Made by a program: the position numbers and the translations under genes
Part shown: piece after piece, positions 19,544 through 30,480 of the stretch
Layout of the letters: the number at the start of each line of letters is the position of its first letter
Position numbering within the stretch: position 1 is the stretch's first letter
The notes under the pieces: generated by a model
The model's database searches: none
What the model saw: the letters and a program-made list of their open reading frames with translations, nothing else
Told to the model about the DNA's origin: nothing
DNA from: a virus
Length of the DNA: 64,000 bases
Strand: one strand, 5' to 3'
Virus record (IMG/VR): IMGVR_UViG_3300027970_000006

Positions 19544-21013
19544 TTATTCTGATTTAACATTTACAATGAAGAAATTAATTTGTTGTTTGTAAACATTAAC
19601 CTGACCTGATGTTGTGACTTTTATATCAACAAAATATTCATTTGGTATTTTATCTCTTGTGTCAAAAATAAAATAATATTCATTTGGAGTTCTATTCAAC
19701 ATTGTCCAGTCCTGAACTATGACTTCTGTCGTTCCTTCTTTAACATAAACTCTATATTGACCATCAACATTCGGAAGTTGTTTATTTGTGGTGTAAGCTT
19801 GTTTGATAATCACCCCAACTTTTCTAATGTCTGTATTTAAAATCTTTTCATTTTGTTTTAATCCGTAATAAGAAAATCCATATTGTGCGGGATCATTTGT
19901 ATTTGTTCCAATTTGAATTGATTTTTTAAATGGATATACAATAAATTCATTAACCTGATTTGGTAAATTGAAACCATTTAATTCTATATTTGACCACGTA
20001 TCAGTAAATGTGCATGGTGTTTGATAACCAATTAATGGTGGAATTGTTATTTCATAAACACCTTTTGTTCTTAAACAAGATTGAAGATTTTGAAGTCCTG
20101 AAATTGGAGTTCCTTGTGAATTTGAAATTGAAACCAATGGAGGTTGATCTAAATTTTTAAAATCTCCATCTTCATAGATATATAGATATAATTTATTAGA
20201 CCTACCCATAGAAAAGTTATTTCTATCATCTTCAATTAAATCGTCGTAAGTTGTAAGAAGATATGGTTCATAAAAAGTTTGAGTATGTCTTGTGAAGAAA
20301 CCAACTGAATAAGATCCTGTGGTTCCTGATAAATTTTCAACTTGAGGTAAGTAAGCAATTCCCCATCCTGTTGGGTTTTGAATTACTCCAGTTAAAACAT
20401 CATTAATTTCTTGCGTCATATCAAATTCAATATCCTCATTTCCAAATTCAAAATGTTGTATATCCACAATTGTAATTGCTGAAAACGGAACCAAACCACC
20501 ATTTGTATTGTCGTATATCCCCATTTGTTGCCAATTATTAATTGTTGTTGTTTGAATCCAATTTGAGGGTCTGTCTGAGTATGCTCTATTTGGTCCTAAA
20601 ACATCAGGAACATCATAAAAATCGTAACCAACACCTTCATCCCAATATTGTGGAAACAAAGGATCAAAATTAACTGGAGGTATTCTAAATAAAATTAAAT
20701 CAAATGATGTTGCCCTTAAACTTCCATCGGGCATTGATGTGTTTAATAATTCTTCGTTAAAAGATGAAGAATTTGTCATTTTTAAAACATGAGTTATTAC
20801 ACTATTTTGACAATCTGTTGAAATTGTTCCGTTTGCGATTTTTTCCCTTAATAAATCTAAGTTTAAATCGAAAATAAACCTTGAATAACCAATTGGGTTT
20901 ACAAGTCCGCCATCACCATAATAAAGTTGCATTACAGGGTTTCTACCTGTATTTACATAACTATTATATACGATTGTGTTGTTTCTACTAAAGTAGGAGT
21001 TATTAATTGACAT
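19544..21013 (-). CDS. Putative virion structural (baseplate-region) protein
   Basis: 489-aa beta-rich ORF downstream of the spike-like gene. Confidence 0.55.
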   Translation of the reverse strand: MSINNSYFSRNNTIVYNSYVNTGRNPVMQLYYGDGGLVNPIGYSRFIFDLNLDLLREKIANGTISTDCQNSVITHVLKMTNSSSFNEELLNTSMPDGSLRATSFDLILFRIPPVNFDPLFPQYWDEGVGYDFYDVPDVLGPNRAYSDRPSNWIQTTTINNWQQMGIYDNTNGGLVPFSAITIVDIQHFEFGNEDIEFDMTQEINDVLTGVIQNPTGWGIAYLPQVENLSGTTGSYSVGFFTRHTQTFYEPYLLTTYDDLIEDDRNNFSMGRSNKLYLYIYEDGDFKNLDQPPLVSISNSQGTPISGLQNLQSCLRTKGVYEITIPPLIGYQTPCTFTDTWSNIELNGFNLPNQVNEFIVYPFKKSIQIGTNTNDPAQYGFSYYGLKQNEKILNTDIRKVGVIIKQAYTTNKQLPNVDGQYRVYVKEGTTEVIVQDWTMLNRTPNEYYFIFDTRDKIPNEYFVDIKVTTSGQVNVYKQQINFFIVNVKSE

Positions 21014-21033
21014 TTATTTTTTCTTTATAAATA

Positions 21034-22584
21034 TCAATTAATTCTAATATTTTGATTTAATATTGAATTATCTGCGTCTTGAAGAATTTTGTTGATTTCA
21101 TCTAATTGTGTTCCATCAACTCCGATTGGAATTGGTGCTTCATTTATGTTATGAACATGTGACCCTAAAAATCTAACAATTAATGTTAAAAGTTTCATTA
21201 ATTCGTTACCTCTAACCATTGGGTCTGTATTTGGTAATATATTCTGTGTGAAATACTCTTGCTCAATACCATACAAAGTTTCTTTTGGTTGTAGGTTTAT
21301 TTTTGATTTAGAAGGTATGTCTGTTTTATGAGAAAGAAAATAAATAAAATCGGACGCCATGGTTCCGTATGAAACAGGATTTGGTTTATAAATGCTTTGT
21401 TTTAATGAAATTTTATCAGAACTTAATTGTTGACCAACAATATTTTTTGACCATACCAATACACTTCCAAATTGTTTATCTGAAGGTAATAATTTAATTT
21501 TTTTAAAAAAATTATTGACCATATTAAAATCTGTGGATGCCGAAGATGATAATTTATCAATATTATTTTTTGTTGGTCTAAAGTAAAATGGAAATTGTTT
21601 TTCTAATCTTGAATCATTTTCTAATGGAAATTGGGTATATCCATCAACATTAATTTTTCCATTATTTACACCATTTATAAATTGGTTGATAATTTTAACC
21701 CCCTCATCTTGAGTTTTACCGGTAAATTCTAATTTATATTCAACACCACTTTTATATTGATCAAGTGGTGTATTCATATTAATTTCTGTGCTTTTAGTTT
21801 TATCTTTAGGTAGTAAAGAATAAAGTGATATATTCCCATTATAGAAAGTTGATCCTGTTGTTCCTCCTCCAGATGTGAACCCTGTAATTTGAACTTCACT
21901 TGTTATTTCCCACTCTATTAGTTTTTTAACTAATTGTGATTTATTGGAAAACAATGTCTTTTTAATCGGATCAAGTTGTTTTTTTTCTAAATCAAAGTTT
22001 GATATTTGTAAAAATCCTCTATTTTGTCTTGGTGTTGGTAAATTAAAGCTAGAAGTTTGTGTTGGTATATTTTTTCCTGCCCTTATTAAAACTTCGCTTT
22101 CTTTTACAATAACATCTGAAGTTCCTCTACCCAATAATGCATTATCCCCTGGTTCTGGATATATACCCTTAGATTGACCTTTAATTTCCAAACTTATTGG
22201 ATCTTTAATGTTATTTGCTTGTTTTAAAAAAACTCCACTAGCAAGCATTGATTCTGAATTGTGCCAATTTTCAAAATTATTATTTTGTGGTCTTGTTATT
22301 GGCCCTTGTATGTAAAATTTGGTATTATCGTTTACCTGTGTTTTATTATAATAAAATATGTGAATATATTCATCAACTTCAGGTACTTGACTAATATAAT
22401 AAGGTAAAAGAGGTAAATAAATTATGGGGTCTTTTTCTGTCCAAATATCTTTTTCTGGATCCCAATCTTCAGGTAATAAAGCAGATTCGGTCTCGCTAAT
22501 TGGAATTGCCCTAACTCTTCCAAGCATCAAAGGATCTTGATTATTTATTACAAATCCCTGAAATATAATTTTATCTTCACTCAT
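21034..22584 (-). CDS. Baseplate hub/central spike-like protein (gp5/VgrG-type N-terminal OB fold)
   Basis: G.V.NNQDPL.LGRVRA, PLLP....VP.V.E, GD.AL.GRG.SD and C-terminal P.VRG..L....SHVH tip motif. Confidence 0.65.
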   Translation of the reverse strand: MSEDKIIFQGFVINNQDPLMLGRVRAIPISETESALLPEDWDPEKDIWTEKDPIIYLPLLPYYISQVPEVDEYIHIFYYNKTQVNDNTKFYIQGPITRPQNNNFENWHNSESMLASGVFLKQANNIKDPISLEIKGQSKGIYPEPGDNALLGRGTSDVIVKESEVLIRAGKNIPTQTSSFNLPTPRQNRGFLQISNFDLEKKQLDPIKKTLFSNKSQLVKKLIEWEITSEVQITGFTSGGGTTGSTFYNGNISLYSLLPKDKTKSTEINMNTPLDQYKSGVEYKLEFTGKTQDEGVKIINQFINGVNNGKINVDGYTQFPLENDSRLEKQFPFYFRPTKNNIDKLSSSASTDFNMVNNFFKKIKLLPSDKQFGSVLVWSKNIVGQQLSSDKISLKQSIYKPNPVSYGTMASDFIYFLSHKTDIPSKSKINLQPKETLYGIEQEYFTQNILPNTDPMVRGNELMKLLTLIVRFLGSHVHNINEAPIPIGVDGTQLDEINKILQDADNSILNQNIRIN

Positions 22585-22817
22585 TTTATTTTAATTCTAT
22601 CTGAATATTCTTTATGTAATAAATTATAAGTGTTTTCTAATTTATCTAAATGGTGTGTTAGTTTCAGTAAAGACTCTTTAGTCATTTTAAAATCTTCTTG
22701 TATAAAGTCCATCGCCAATTGAAGATCTTTATTTGACCTTTCTTTATGTTCTTTAATTATCAGAAGTATTTCTCCTGCTTTTATTCTTTTTTCGTTAATG
22801 TTAAATGAATTTTCCAT
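22581..22817 (-). CDS. Hypothetical coiled-coil protein
   Basis: Overlapping ORF in the operon. Confidence 0.7.
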   Translation of the reverse strand: MENSFNINEKRIKAGEILLIIKEHKERSNKDLQLAMDFIQEDFKMTKESLLKLTHHLDKLENTYNLLHKEYSDRIKIK

Positions 22818-24729
22818 ATGAATCTTTTGGTCTTGTAATGCCTGCTGGAGTGATTGTCAATGGACCAATTCCAATGGCAACTTTTCCGTTTTCAGCGATT
22901 TCTTGAGAATTTCCATCAATCATTGCTTTAATTGATGCTAAAAATTTATTTGGGCTCCCGTCAGGCATAGGACCTGTTGGGACCCCCAATTCTTGTAGGT
23001 TTTGTACGGTATTTAAAAACGATCTTGTTGGTGAATATCCGTCTAAAAATTTTGCAGATAATAATAAAGGTAATGGTAAATCAGCACCTGATTCTTTTAA
23101 TGCGTCCAACTTTTTTTTAATCCCAATATTCAATAATTGTAATAACTCATCTAAAACGCTTTTACATTCTCTAAAATCTTTTACAATTTGTATTAGTGCT
23201 GGAAGTATTGCAACAATTGATAATATCATTTGATATTTTTTCTTCTTTTTTTCGTCCGTAATATCTTTTAATAATAATCTAACAAGAGCTTTTATTTCTT
23301 TTTTTAATTCTTCAAAAATTGCTTTGGTAAAAACCGCCGCTACTTTAGTTAAAAACTCATTAAAGAAATTTTTAAAAATTTTTTGAAAATCTTTAATGTT
23401 ATTGATTTGTTTAAATATTGGTTGATTTAACATCCCTGCGGATATCATAATTGGTAAAATTGTTTTAGGTGATAAAACGGTATTAACTAACGCTTTAACA
23501 AATTGTGTGAAGAATCCAGAATCAACCGATAATTTGTAAGTTGGGTTTTCATCAACAACCGGATAAATAATACCTAAGGCTGCGTTAATTTCATTAACAT
23601 CTGATGTGTCTTCATTAAATTGTAAATCATCTAATGCCGTTAATACAGCATCTAAATTCATCGGGATTTTTACATTATCACATTCTTCAAACTCAACGAC
23701 CCCTAATTTTATATCAGAAGTTATTTGATCAATAACTCTTAAATCAATATCATTAAATTCGTAAAATGATTCATCCACATTATCAATTTCAGAAACTTTT
23801 GATGTTCCACCTACATTTATTTCTTTATTTGAGTCGGAACAAAGTCCCAATATTCTTTGCATAATTAACAAAGATTTTTGTATTACATCTAATTTTAATT
23901 TTCCGTCACCTCTACCAAATGAAATTGCTCCGGTAACATAATCAACTAAGTTGGTAAAAAAAGTTTTGTAATCTAAAATATCAATAGTACTATAATAATC
24001 ATTTAAAAACTCATCTACCGTTGGAAAATTAATTCTTGGTTTTAGATCTACCTTAAAAAAACTTCCTTGAATTGTTTGTGTTGTGATTGGGTCAACATAG
24101 TTATCAACATATGTTATGTCAAAAAGATTTTGTTGTGATGTTCCTAAATAATTATTTCCGGCAACAGCGGCAAAAGGTTGATTTAAGTTTTGAGTTCTAT
24201 CATACAATTCTCTATTCATAGAATAAGGAAATGTGTTATATGTTGAAGCACTTACTTCGTAAAATAATTTACCAATTCTGTCATCGGTAGATAATTCAAG
24301 ACTACCAAATAAATCAATAGATTTAACAGGAATATAATAAGTTGTGTTAAATTGATATCCTTGAACATTACTACATGCTAACGCAGATTTAACATTTTCA
24401 ATAATTAAATTCTTAATTTCTGGTTTTATTTTTTTTAATGAATTAACAAATACTCGTTTTATTACGGTATCTGTCTCAAGACCAGCACCTTTAATTTCTT
24501 TTAATTGTTTAATTAATTCGTCAGTAAAAGTTTTGGTAGTTGCGGTATGTTTTTTCCTCCATTTAACAAAATCACCTAATTGATTAGAAACGTATTTATT
24601 TGCCGTTTCTTGAGAACTACCAGCTTTCTTTTTTAAATCTTCGTAATCTTTTTTATATTGTTTATAAGTTTTATAAACATTTGTTTTTTGACTCGCTTTT
24701 TTTAATTCATCATTAATATCAACTGCCAT
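22801..24729 (-). CDS. Large hypothetical protein (probably structural)
   Basis: 642-aa ORF co-oriented with the baseplate genes. Confidence 0.7.
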   Translation of the reverse strand: MAVDINDELKKASQKTNVYKTYKQYKKDYEDLKKKAGSSQETANKYVSNQLGDFVKWRKKHTATTKTFTDELIKQLKEIKGAGLETDTVIKRVFVNSLKKIKPEIKNLIIENVKSALACSNVQGYQFNTTYYIPVKSIDLFGSLELSTDDRIGKLFYEVSASTYNTFPYSMNRELYDRTQNLNQPFAAVAGNNYLGTSQQNLFDITYVDNYVDPITTQTIQGSFFKVDLKPRINFPTVDEFLNDYYSTIDILDYKTFFTNLVDYVTGAISFGRGDGKLKLDVIQKSLLIMQRILGLCSDSNKEINVGGTSKVSEIDNVDESFYEFNDIDLRVIDQITSDIKLGVVEFEECDNVKIPMNLDAVLTALDDLQFNEDTSDVNEINAALGIIYPVVDENPTYKLSVDSGFFTQFVKALVNTVLSPKTILPIMISAGMLNQPIFKQINNIKDFQKIFKNFFNEFLTKVAAVFTKAIFEELKKEIKALVRLLLKDITDEKKKKKYQMILSIVAILPALIQIVKDFRECKSVLDELLQLLNIGIKKKLDALKESGADLPLPLLLSAKFLDGYSPTRSFLNTVQNLQELGVPTGPMPDGSPNKFLASIKAMIDGNSQEIAENGKVAIGIGPLTITPAGITRPKDSYGKFI

Positions 24730-24735
24730 GTCATG

Positions 24736-25107
24736 TTATTTTTTCATTTTATATGTACCATCGTTATTAATGTCTTTTTTTAATAAGTTTTGAAACGTTT
24801 CGTCGTCAAGTTCTAAATCAGACAATTTAAAATCTTCTTCTTTTTCGGTATTTTTTTGCCACATTTGTGATTGTAATTTAGAAAGAGTTAATTTTTTCTC
24901 AACACAATCATTAATAATTTTTTGTTGTTTTTCAATAACAGGACCGATAAGAGTCATATCTTCAGGTTCTTTCATCATTGTTAACATTTTATTTTGTATT
25001 CTGATTGCGGTATTTCTTTGTTCTACAAGTTCATTATAGATTTCTTGCATCAAAGATAACATTGATTCTTTACTTAAATTAATTTCTTTTTTTGGAGGTC
25101 TTGGCAT
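24736..25107 (-). CDS. Hypothetical coiled-coil protein
   Basis: 123-aa ORF. Confidence 0.75.
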   Translation of the reverse strand: MPRPPKKEINLSKESMLSLMQEIYNELVEQRNTAIRIQNKMLTMMKEPEDMTLIGPVIEKQQKIINDCVEKKLTLSKLQSQMWQKNTEKEEDFKLSDLELDDETFQNLLKKDINNDGTYKMKK

Positions 25108-25119
25108 AATTATTAAATA

Positions 25120-25863
25120 TTAAGTTTTAACTAATTCTTGTATCAAATCAAAATATAATTTTTTATATTTTTTTATTGAATTTCTAATCTCTTTTGTTGA
25201 AAGATTTGTCATTTCTCTTAATTCAAACAAAATAATATTTTTATTAAATTTATTATTATTTGTATCAGGAAAAATTGTCCCATAGTTTTCAAAAAGATCA
25301 TAGATTGCCGCTCCTAATTTATGCTCTTGGGCACTGATATCAATACTATCAATATCTTCTTTTAATTTTTCTAAAAATTTTTTTATAACATATTCCGAGC
25401 TTAATGTGTCTTCATCTATGGTATATGACATTTCTTCTCTATTACATAAATCAGAAGAAATATCTTCATACGATATTTTTCTATTCATTTCTTTTTGGTC
25501 TTTCATAATTTGACCCATAAGATAATTTTTACAAATAGTTCCAAAATAAGAATATGCCTTTTTTTCTTTTGATGGTTTGAACTTATCTATTTTTGTCATA
25601 AGAAACGAATGTGTGTCTACATGTATTTCTTCATAGTCCATGTCTTTTCTGTATAATTTATATCTTCTAATTATTGAAGATATCATCTTATCTAAAGGCT
25701 CTTTTAAAAACTCGTTGTAAATCTTATTTTTTTCTTCGTAAGATTCGGCGATTAAAAAATTCCTAACCGCCGTTTCTTCTCTTTCGTCAAAATAATTATT
25801 AGATGTTGGTTTTCTACCTTTCTTTTTCTTTTCAACTAAAATCTCTGTTTCATTATTGGACAT
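25120..25863 (-). CDS. Phage sigma factor, T4 gp55-like (late transcription)
   Basis: NYF..., KIDKFKPSK..KAYSYFGTICKNY corresponds to the gp55 region 2 pattern (F.P....FAYFTQ). Confidence 0.65.
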   Translation of the reverse strand: MSNNETEILVEKKKKGRKPTSNNYFDEREETAVRNFLIAESYEEKNKIYNEFLKEPLDKMISSIIRRYKLYRKDMDYEEIHVDTHSFLMTKIDKFKPSKEKKAYSYFGTICKNYLMGQIMKDQKEMNRKISYEDISSDLCNREEMSYTIDEDTLSSEYVIKKFLEKLKEDIDSIDISAQEHKLGAAIYDLFENYGTIFPDTNNNKFNKNIILFELREMTNLSTKEIRNSIKKYKKLYFDLIQELVKT

Positions 25864-26669
25864 TAAACTTCTTGAGATTCGTAATTTATTTCTCTTTCAG
25901 TTGAAAATAAGTATTCTTTTTTTGCGGTCTCAATCCAAAATCTAGCTTCATCTTGGTTCATTTTGTTTTCACCATTTTTGTAATTCCAAAAAATTGATCC
26001 TTCTCTTAAATTCATATGTTTATAACCAATTCTTGGAATTGTCATAATGTTTGCTGAATTGTGAGTTAAACGTAAAAGTAGTTCATAACCAAAAGTTAAT
26101 TTTAAATTTGATTTCATCCCACCAATTTCTTGATATTTTTCTTTTTTGAAAACCATACCTGACGTTTGGAAGTTTTGAAATGTTTGTAATGTTTCATTTG
26201 TTAAAATACCAATTTCAGAAGATATATTAGCCGCAAATGTCGCCTCATTTGTAAATCCAGCGAAAACTAGTTTTTCATCAACGTCAACAACAATTGGTAA
26301 AAACACATGAACATCTTTATAAATGTCCATATAATTAAGAGCATTTTTAAACCATATATTTGAGTATTCATCGTCAAATTCTAATATAGAACACCAATTA
26401 GAATTTGCAATGCTTACACCATGATTAACTTGTTTAGCAAAATTAGGTTCTTGATTCCAAGACTCTAAATTTACTGTCATACCACTGAAATCATATTCGT
26501 TTAAAAAAGTGGTTAAATATTCTTCAGACCCATGAACGATTATTAGTTCATTTAGATTATCGTTTTGATATCTTACTGATTGTATACATCTATCAAAGAA
26601 GTCGACAAACCCGATAACTTTACCTGTTTTTATAGGTAGGATGACTGATATTGTGTTATTTGTGCTCAT
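25863..26669 (-). CDS. Glycosyltransferase family 2
   Basis: ISVILPI, N.GV..A...W.SILEFDD (DxD-like). Confidence 0.8.
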   Translation of the reverse strand: MSTNNTISVILPIKTGKVIGFVDFFDRCIQSVRYQNDNLNELIIVHGSEEYLTTFLNEYDFSGMTVNLESWNQEPNFAKQVNHGVSIANSNWCSILEFDDEYSNIWFKNALNYMDIYKDVHVFLPIVVDVDEKLVFAGFTNEATFAANISSEIGILTNETLQTFQNFQTSGMVFKKEKYQEIGGMKSNLKLTFGYELLLRLTHNSANIMTIPRIGYKHMNLREGSIFWNYKNGENKMNQDEARFWIETAKKEYLFSTEREINYESQEV

Positions 26670-26671
26670 AA

Positions 26672-27730
26672 TTATATTGTTTCAAATTTAGATAGTTGAT
26701 CTTCGAAAGACTCAATGCGTTTTTCGAATAATTCTGAGAATAAAGAAATTGTATCCTCTTCAAATTTTTCATTTGTTGGAATGGAATCTACCGTGATTTT
26801 CATTCTTTCAAAAAGTTCAGGATTTAAATTATCCTCTAACCAATTTTGGATGAAGTCTGATAACACATCAACCATTATTGTTTTGTTGTTTACCCATAAT
26901 CCATTATCTTCATTCATCCAAGAAGGGACAATATCAGGAACCAAACCTAAAACAGGAATTCCCATTTTCATAGACTCAAGTGGAAATGTTCCGTAAGAAC
27001 TTGTTTGGTCAATCCAAATAGAAATAAAACTATCTTTCATTCCTTGTGCAAATTCATTTTCAGAAAGACTACGAAGGTCTCTAAAACTTATCCATCTATA
27101 TTGAGGGAATTTAACATAAAAAGTTTTAATTAAGTTTGCGGTGTCTCTTTGGTCTCTTGTGTGGATATTAATAATTGTTTTTGGTGGGAATTCATTTTTT
27201 TGGAACCCTTCAGAAATTGCCGGCTCTATTACATCAACAGATACGCTTCTCATTACCGACTCAATTAATTCTTTTTGTTTGTTTGATGTTGTGATACATT
27301 TGTAAAAACCTAATTGAGACCATGATTGTCCAGGTTGTAAAGTCTCAAAGATGTGATCAAACGCTTGTGACAAAACAATTTTTCCACAAGGAAGTTTTGT
27401 TATTTGATCCATAACAAACCCATATATTTCGGGTATAATGATAAGATCATCAGGAGAAATCTCCAAACTTGTTCCCTCAATTGGTCTGTGCTCAAGTTCA
27501 GTCATATATGTTTCATCTAACCAAGATGAAACGCCAAAGTATTCAGGTTTTTCATGTAAGATAATTGCGTTATAACCCGCTCTTTTTAAAGTAATTGCCA
27601 TTTGATAGATATATCTAACAGATGCTTTTGCATTTCCTTTTGTGTCTTGGACCATAAAATAAATTCTTGAAAGTTTTTCTTTCATATTATTTATGGACTT
27701 TTCTAACTTTTCGTAATTTTCAGTGCTCAT
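26672..27730 (-). CDS. GT-B fold (GT4-like) glycosyltransferase
   Basis: IIPEIY and SSYGTFPLESM..G.PV (ExFG.P.LEAM-like). Confidence 0.65.
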   Translation of the reverse strand: MSTENYEKLEKSINNMKEKLSRIYFMVQDTKGNAKASVRYIYQMAITLKRAGYNAIILHEKPEYFGVSSWLDETYMTELEHRPIEGTSLEISPDDLIIIPEIYGFVMDQITKLPCGKIVLSQAFDHIFETLQPGQSWSQLGFYKCITTSNKQKELIESVMRSVSVDVIEPAISEGFQKNEFPPKTIINIHTRDQRDTANLIKTFYVKFPQYRWISFRDLRSLSENEFAQGMKDSFISIWIDQTSSYGTFPLESMKMGIPVLGLVPDIVPSWMNEDNGLWVNNKTIMVDVLSDFIQNWLEDNLNPELFERMKITVDSIPTNEKFEEDTISLFSELFEKRIESFEDQLSKFETI

Positions 27731-27737
27731 AATTTTT

Positions 27738-27992
27738 TTATAGTTTGTTTATTATGTTTTTCATTAATAATGAATTGAAAGATATCTTAAAAGGAATAGT
27801 TAATTCGCTATTAGCGGGTCCTAATTTTTCATCAACGGGTTCAGACTCAGTTAAAATTGTGTCTATCATCATTTTAATTAGTTCGTATTTTACCAAGTGT
27901 ATTTGAGACTCACCACTCAAACTTGGTAGTTCTACTTGTTTTTCGATGTTATCGATGTCTATGTAATAGTTTTCTCCAAATAATTTAAACAT
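27738..27992 (-). CDS. Hypothetical protein
   Basis: 84-aa ORF in the operon. Confidence 0.7.
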   Translation of the reverse strand: MFKLFGENYYIDIDNIEKQVELPSLSGESQIHLVKYELIKMMIDTILTESEPVDEKLGPANSELTIPFKISFNSLLMKNIINKL

Positions 27993-28650
27993 TTTGTTTT
28001 ATTGTTTTTATTGTGTTATTAAATTCTGACAGTGAAAAAATTTCATATTCAGATTTAATATGTTTATTGTAATCAGTGACGTATTTAACAACCACTTTTC
28101 CTTTGTGTTTATCTAACAATAATATAGGATCCGCAGTAAGTAAAATATCTACTTGATCCCACATAGATTCTTTTGTTATTTCGCTAAAGAAAAATATCTT
28201 TTCTAATAAACATCCAAATTTAGATAGAAAGAATAATGATGATGGTTTTGATTTACCGATCTCACTTGAAACGATTAACAATTCATTCTCATCTCTTAAC
28301 TCAAGATACAAATCGTTTAACATGTTAAATGTTGCCATCTCCGTTGATGGGGCGTGACCAAATAATTCCATTGAATATTCCTCATACATAAATGAAAATA
28401 ATTCCTCACTATTACGAAACGCAAAATGTTTGGTCAAGTCTAAAGAGTCAACGTCGGTTAGTTTTTTATATTCAAAAGGAATTATATCGGACACCTCCAA
28501 TTCAGTGTTTCCCGATATGTCCACATAATATGTTTTACCTACATACCCATTTGGATCACTTTCAATTAAGTGTTTTTCATATAATTGTTCAAATTTTCCT
28601 ATAGTATCTCTCAATACTCCGTTAATATCAATTCCTATTCTATTTGTCAT
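27985..28650 (-). CDS. HAD-superfamily 5'(3')-deoxyribonucleotidase-like protein
   Basis: RIGIDINGVLRD (motif I variant), VDILL. Confidence 0.6.
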   Translation of the reverse strand: MTNRIGIDINGVLRDTIGKFEQLYEKHLIESDPNGYVGKTYYVDISGNTELEVSDIIPFEYKKLTDVDSLDLTKHFAFRNSEELFSFMYEEYSMELFGHAPSTEMATFNMLNDLYLELRDENELLIVSSEIGKSKPSSLFFLSKFGCLLEKIFFFSEITKESMWDQVDILLTADPILLLDKHKGKVVVKYVTDYNKHIKSEYEIFSLSEFNNTIKTIKQNV

Positions 28651-28722
28651 ATAATTTATGATAATTTTATTTTATTTTTAGTAAATATTTTAATAAAAAG
28701 AAAGATTGGGATATTTATATAT

Positions 28723-29733
28723 ATGGTAGAAGAAAACAAACCAAAACGTAAACAATGGACAGAATATGAAATTCGGTATTTATCCGAACATTTTTATAAT
28801 ATGTTTAATAAGGATTTATCTTTAAAATTAAATAAGTCAGTAATCTCAATACAAAATAAGGCAAATAAGTTAGGTCTAAGTAAAAGCTCCGAACACATAT
28901 CTAAATGTATTAGGATACGAAATAAAATGGTTGGTAGAGACTTAACCGATGATTTCTTAAGAGACGAAGCTCTTAAATATAAAAGTTTATCTGAATTACA
29001 AAAAAAAGATTCGTCAGTTTATTCATCAATCCGTAAAAAAGGTCTAATTAAAGAATTTTGTTCCCATATGATAAGTAAAAATTTTAGTATACCACAAATT
29101 ATATTAAAAAATATAATTAAAAGTCTAATAACCAATAATATAAACTATAATGATAGAAACATTATAAAACCATATGAGATTGATGTTTATTTACCAGATT
29201 TTAAAATAGGGTTTGAATATAATGGTAAAGGTTGGCATAATAATAATATTAACGATGTTAAAAAACAAAAAATTAGTAAACAGAAAAATATAAATTTAAT
29301 CGTAATTGAGGAAAGAAATAGAAACTATGTTGATGACATCAAAACACAATTAAAAGAAAAGATAATGGAGGTTAATAAACTTTGTAATTTACAAATAACA
29401 GAACGTGAAATCGATTCCGTTATTGTTGGGGATTATTATTCTGAAATATATTCAAAGGAGGATTTAAAAAAAATCTCAGATAAGTATTTTTCGTTTAAAG
29501 ATTTTTATAATAATGAAAAATTAGCATATGTTAAAATATCAAAATTAGGGTTAATTGATGAATATACTTCTCATATGTGTTGTCGTAGAAAAAAAAGAAA
29601 CTTGATTGAGGTGGGTCAAATTATTAATAAACATGTGTATTTACTTGATTTGATTACTTATGATTCATCGACCTATCAATTTATTTTAAAGAATAAATTA
29701 AATCATTTAATTAGTCATTTAAAACGCAAATAG
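28723..29733 (+). CDS. Putative homing endonuclease, PD-(D/E)XK/DUF559-like (start ATG 28723; track 28585)
   Basis: WT..E...L HTH, PYEIDVYLPDFKIGFEYNGKGWH, repeated KY....EL.....Y......GL......HM modules; antisense to the operon. Confidence 0.7.
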   Translation: MVEENKPKRKQWTEYEIRYLSEHFYNMFNKDLSLKLNKSVISIQNKANKLGLSKSSEHISKCIRIRNKMVGRDLTDDFLRDEALKYKSLSELQKKDSSVYSSIRKKGLIKEFCSHMISKNFSIPQIILKNIIKSLITNNINYNDRNIIKPYEIDVYLPDFKIGFEYNGKGWHNNNINDVKKQKISKQKNINLIVIEERNRNYVDDIKTQLKEKIMEVNKLCNLQITEREIDSVIVGDYYSEIYSKEDLKKISDKYFSFKDFYNNEKLAYVKISKLGLIDEYTSHMCCRRKKRNLIEVGQIINKHVYLLDLITYDSSTYQFILKNKLNHLISHLKRK

Positions 29734-30477
29734 TTAATATTCCGTATCATATCTTTTCAGTATCTCAATAATAATTGGGTTCCTAACGACATCATCGATA
29801 TGAAATTCAAACATACCAATTTTATTAACACCATTAAGTCTAACCACCGCATCATATAGACCAGATAATTCTTTTTTCTTAAACTTATCAGATTGATCAA
29901 CATCGCCTGATATAAAAAATTTAGAATTAAATCCAATTCTGGTCAATAACATTTTCATTTCAGCGGTTGTTGAATTCTGACTTTCTTCAAAAATCAAAAT
30001 CATATTATCAGCATTGAATCCTCTAAGGAATGATAGTGACATAATTTCTAAAACGCCACTTTCCTCTAGTTTAGTAGTTGCTTCCTTACCAATTAACTTA
30101 TCTAATAGGGATAATGACGAATAAACATATGGACCCATTTTTTCCCTTAAGTCACCAGGTAAACTACCTAAAGATGATGAACTACTTTCAACCGCGGGTC
30201 TTACAATCATAATCTTCTCATATGAGTTAGTTGGATCTAATAATAAATCAATTGCGGCTTTTAGTGAAATATAGCTTTTTCCTGTACCGGCAGGTCCAGA
30301 ACAAATCGTAATTTCATTCTCCATTAACTTATCGTAATATACTTTTTGACTGTTGGTTAAAAACTTGGTTTTTTGTTTTCGTTTAATTATTGAATTAATT
30401 AAATCTTTTTTTGAAAAAGGTTTAGAATCTTTAGTCTCCAATTTAATTATTGGATCTGGTTTTTTTCTTATTGCCAT
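29734..30477 (-). CDS. phoH: PhoH-family ATPase
   Basis: GPAGTGKSY, RPAVE, LG.LPGD, FLRG, EESQN, LTRIG, GD..QSD, DVVRNP. Confidence 0.95.
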   Translation of the reverse strand: MAIRKKPDPIIKLETKDSKPFSKKDLINSIIKRKQKTKFLTNSQKVYYDKLMENEITICSGPAGTGKSYISLKAAIDLLLDPTNSYEKIMIVRPAVESSSSSLGSLPGDLREKMGPYVYSSLSLLDKLIGKEATTKLEESGVLEIMSLSFLRGFNADNMILIFEESQNSTTAEMKMLLTRIGFNSKFFISGDVDQSDKFKKKELSGLYDAVVRLNGVNKIGMFEFHIDDVVRNPIIIEILKRYDTEY

Positions 30478-30480
30478 ATT

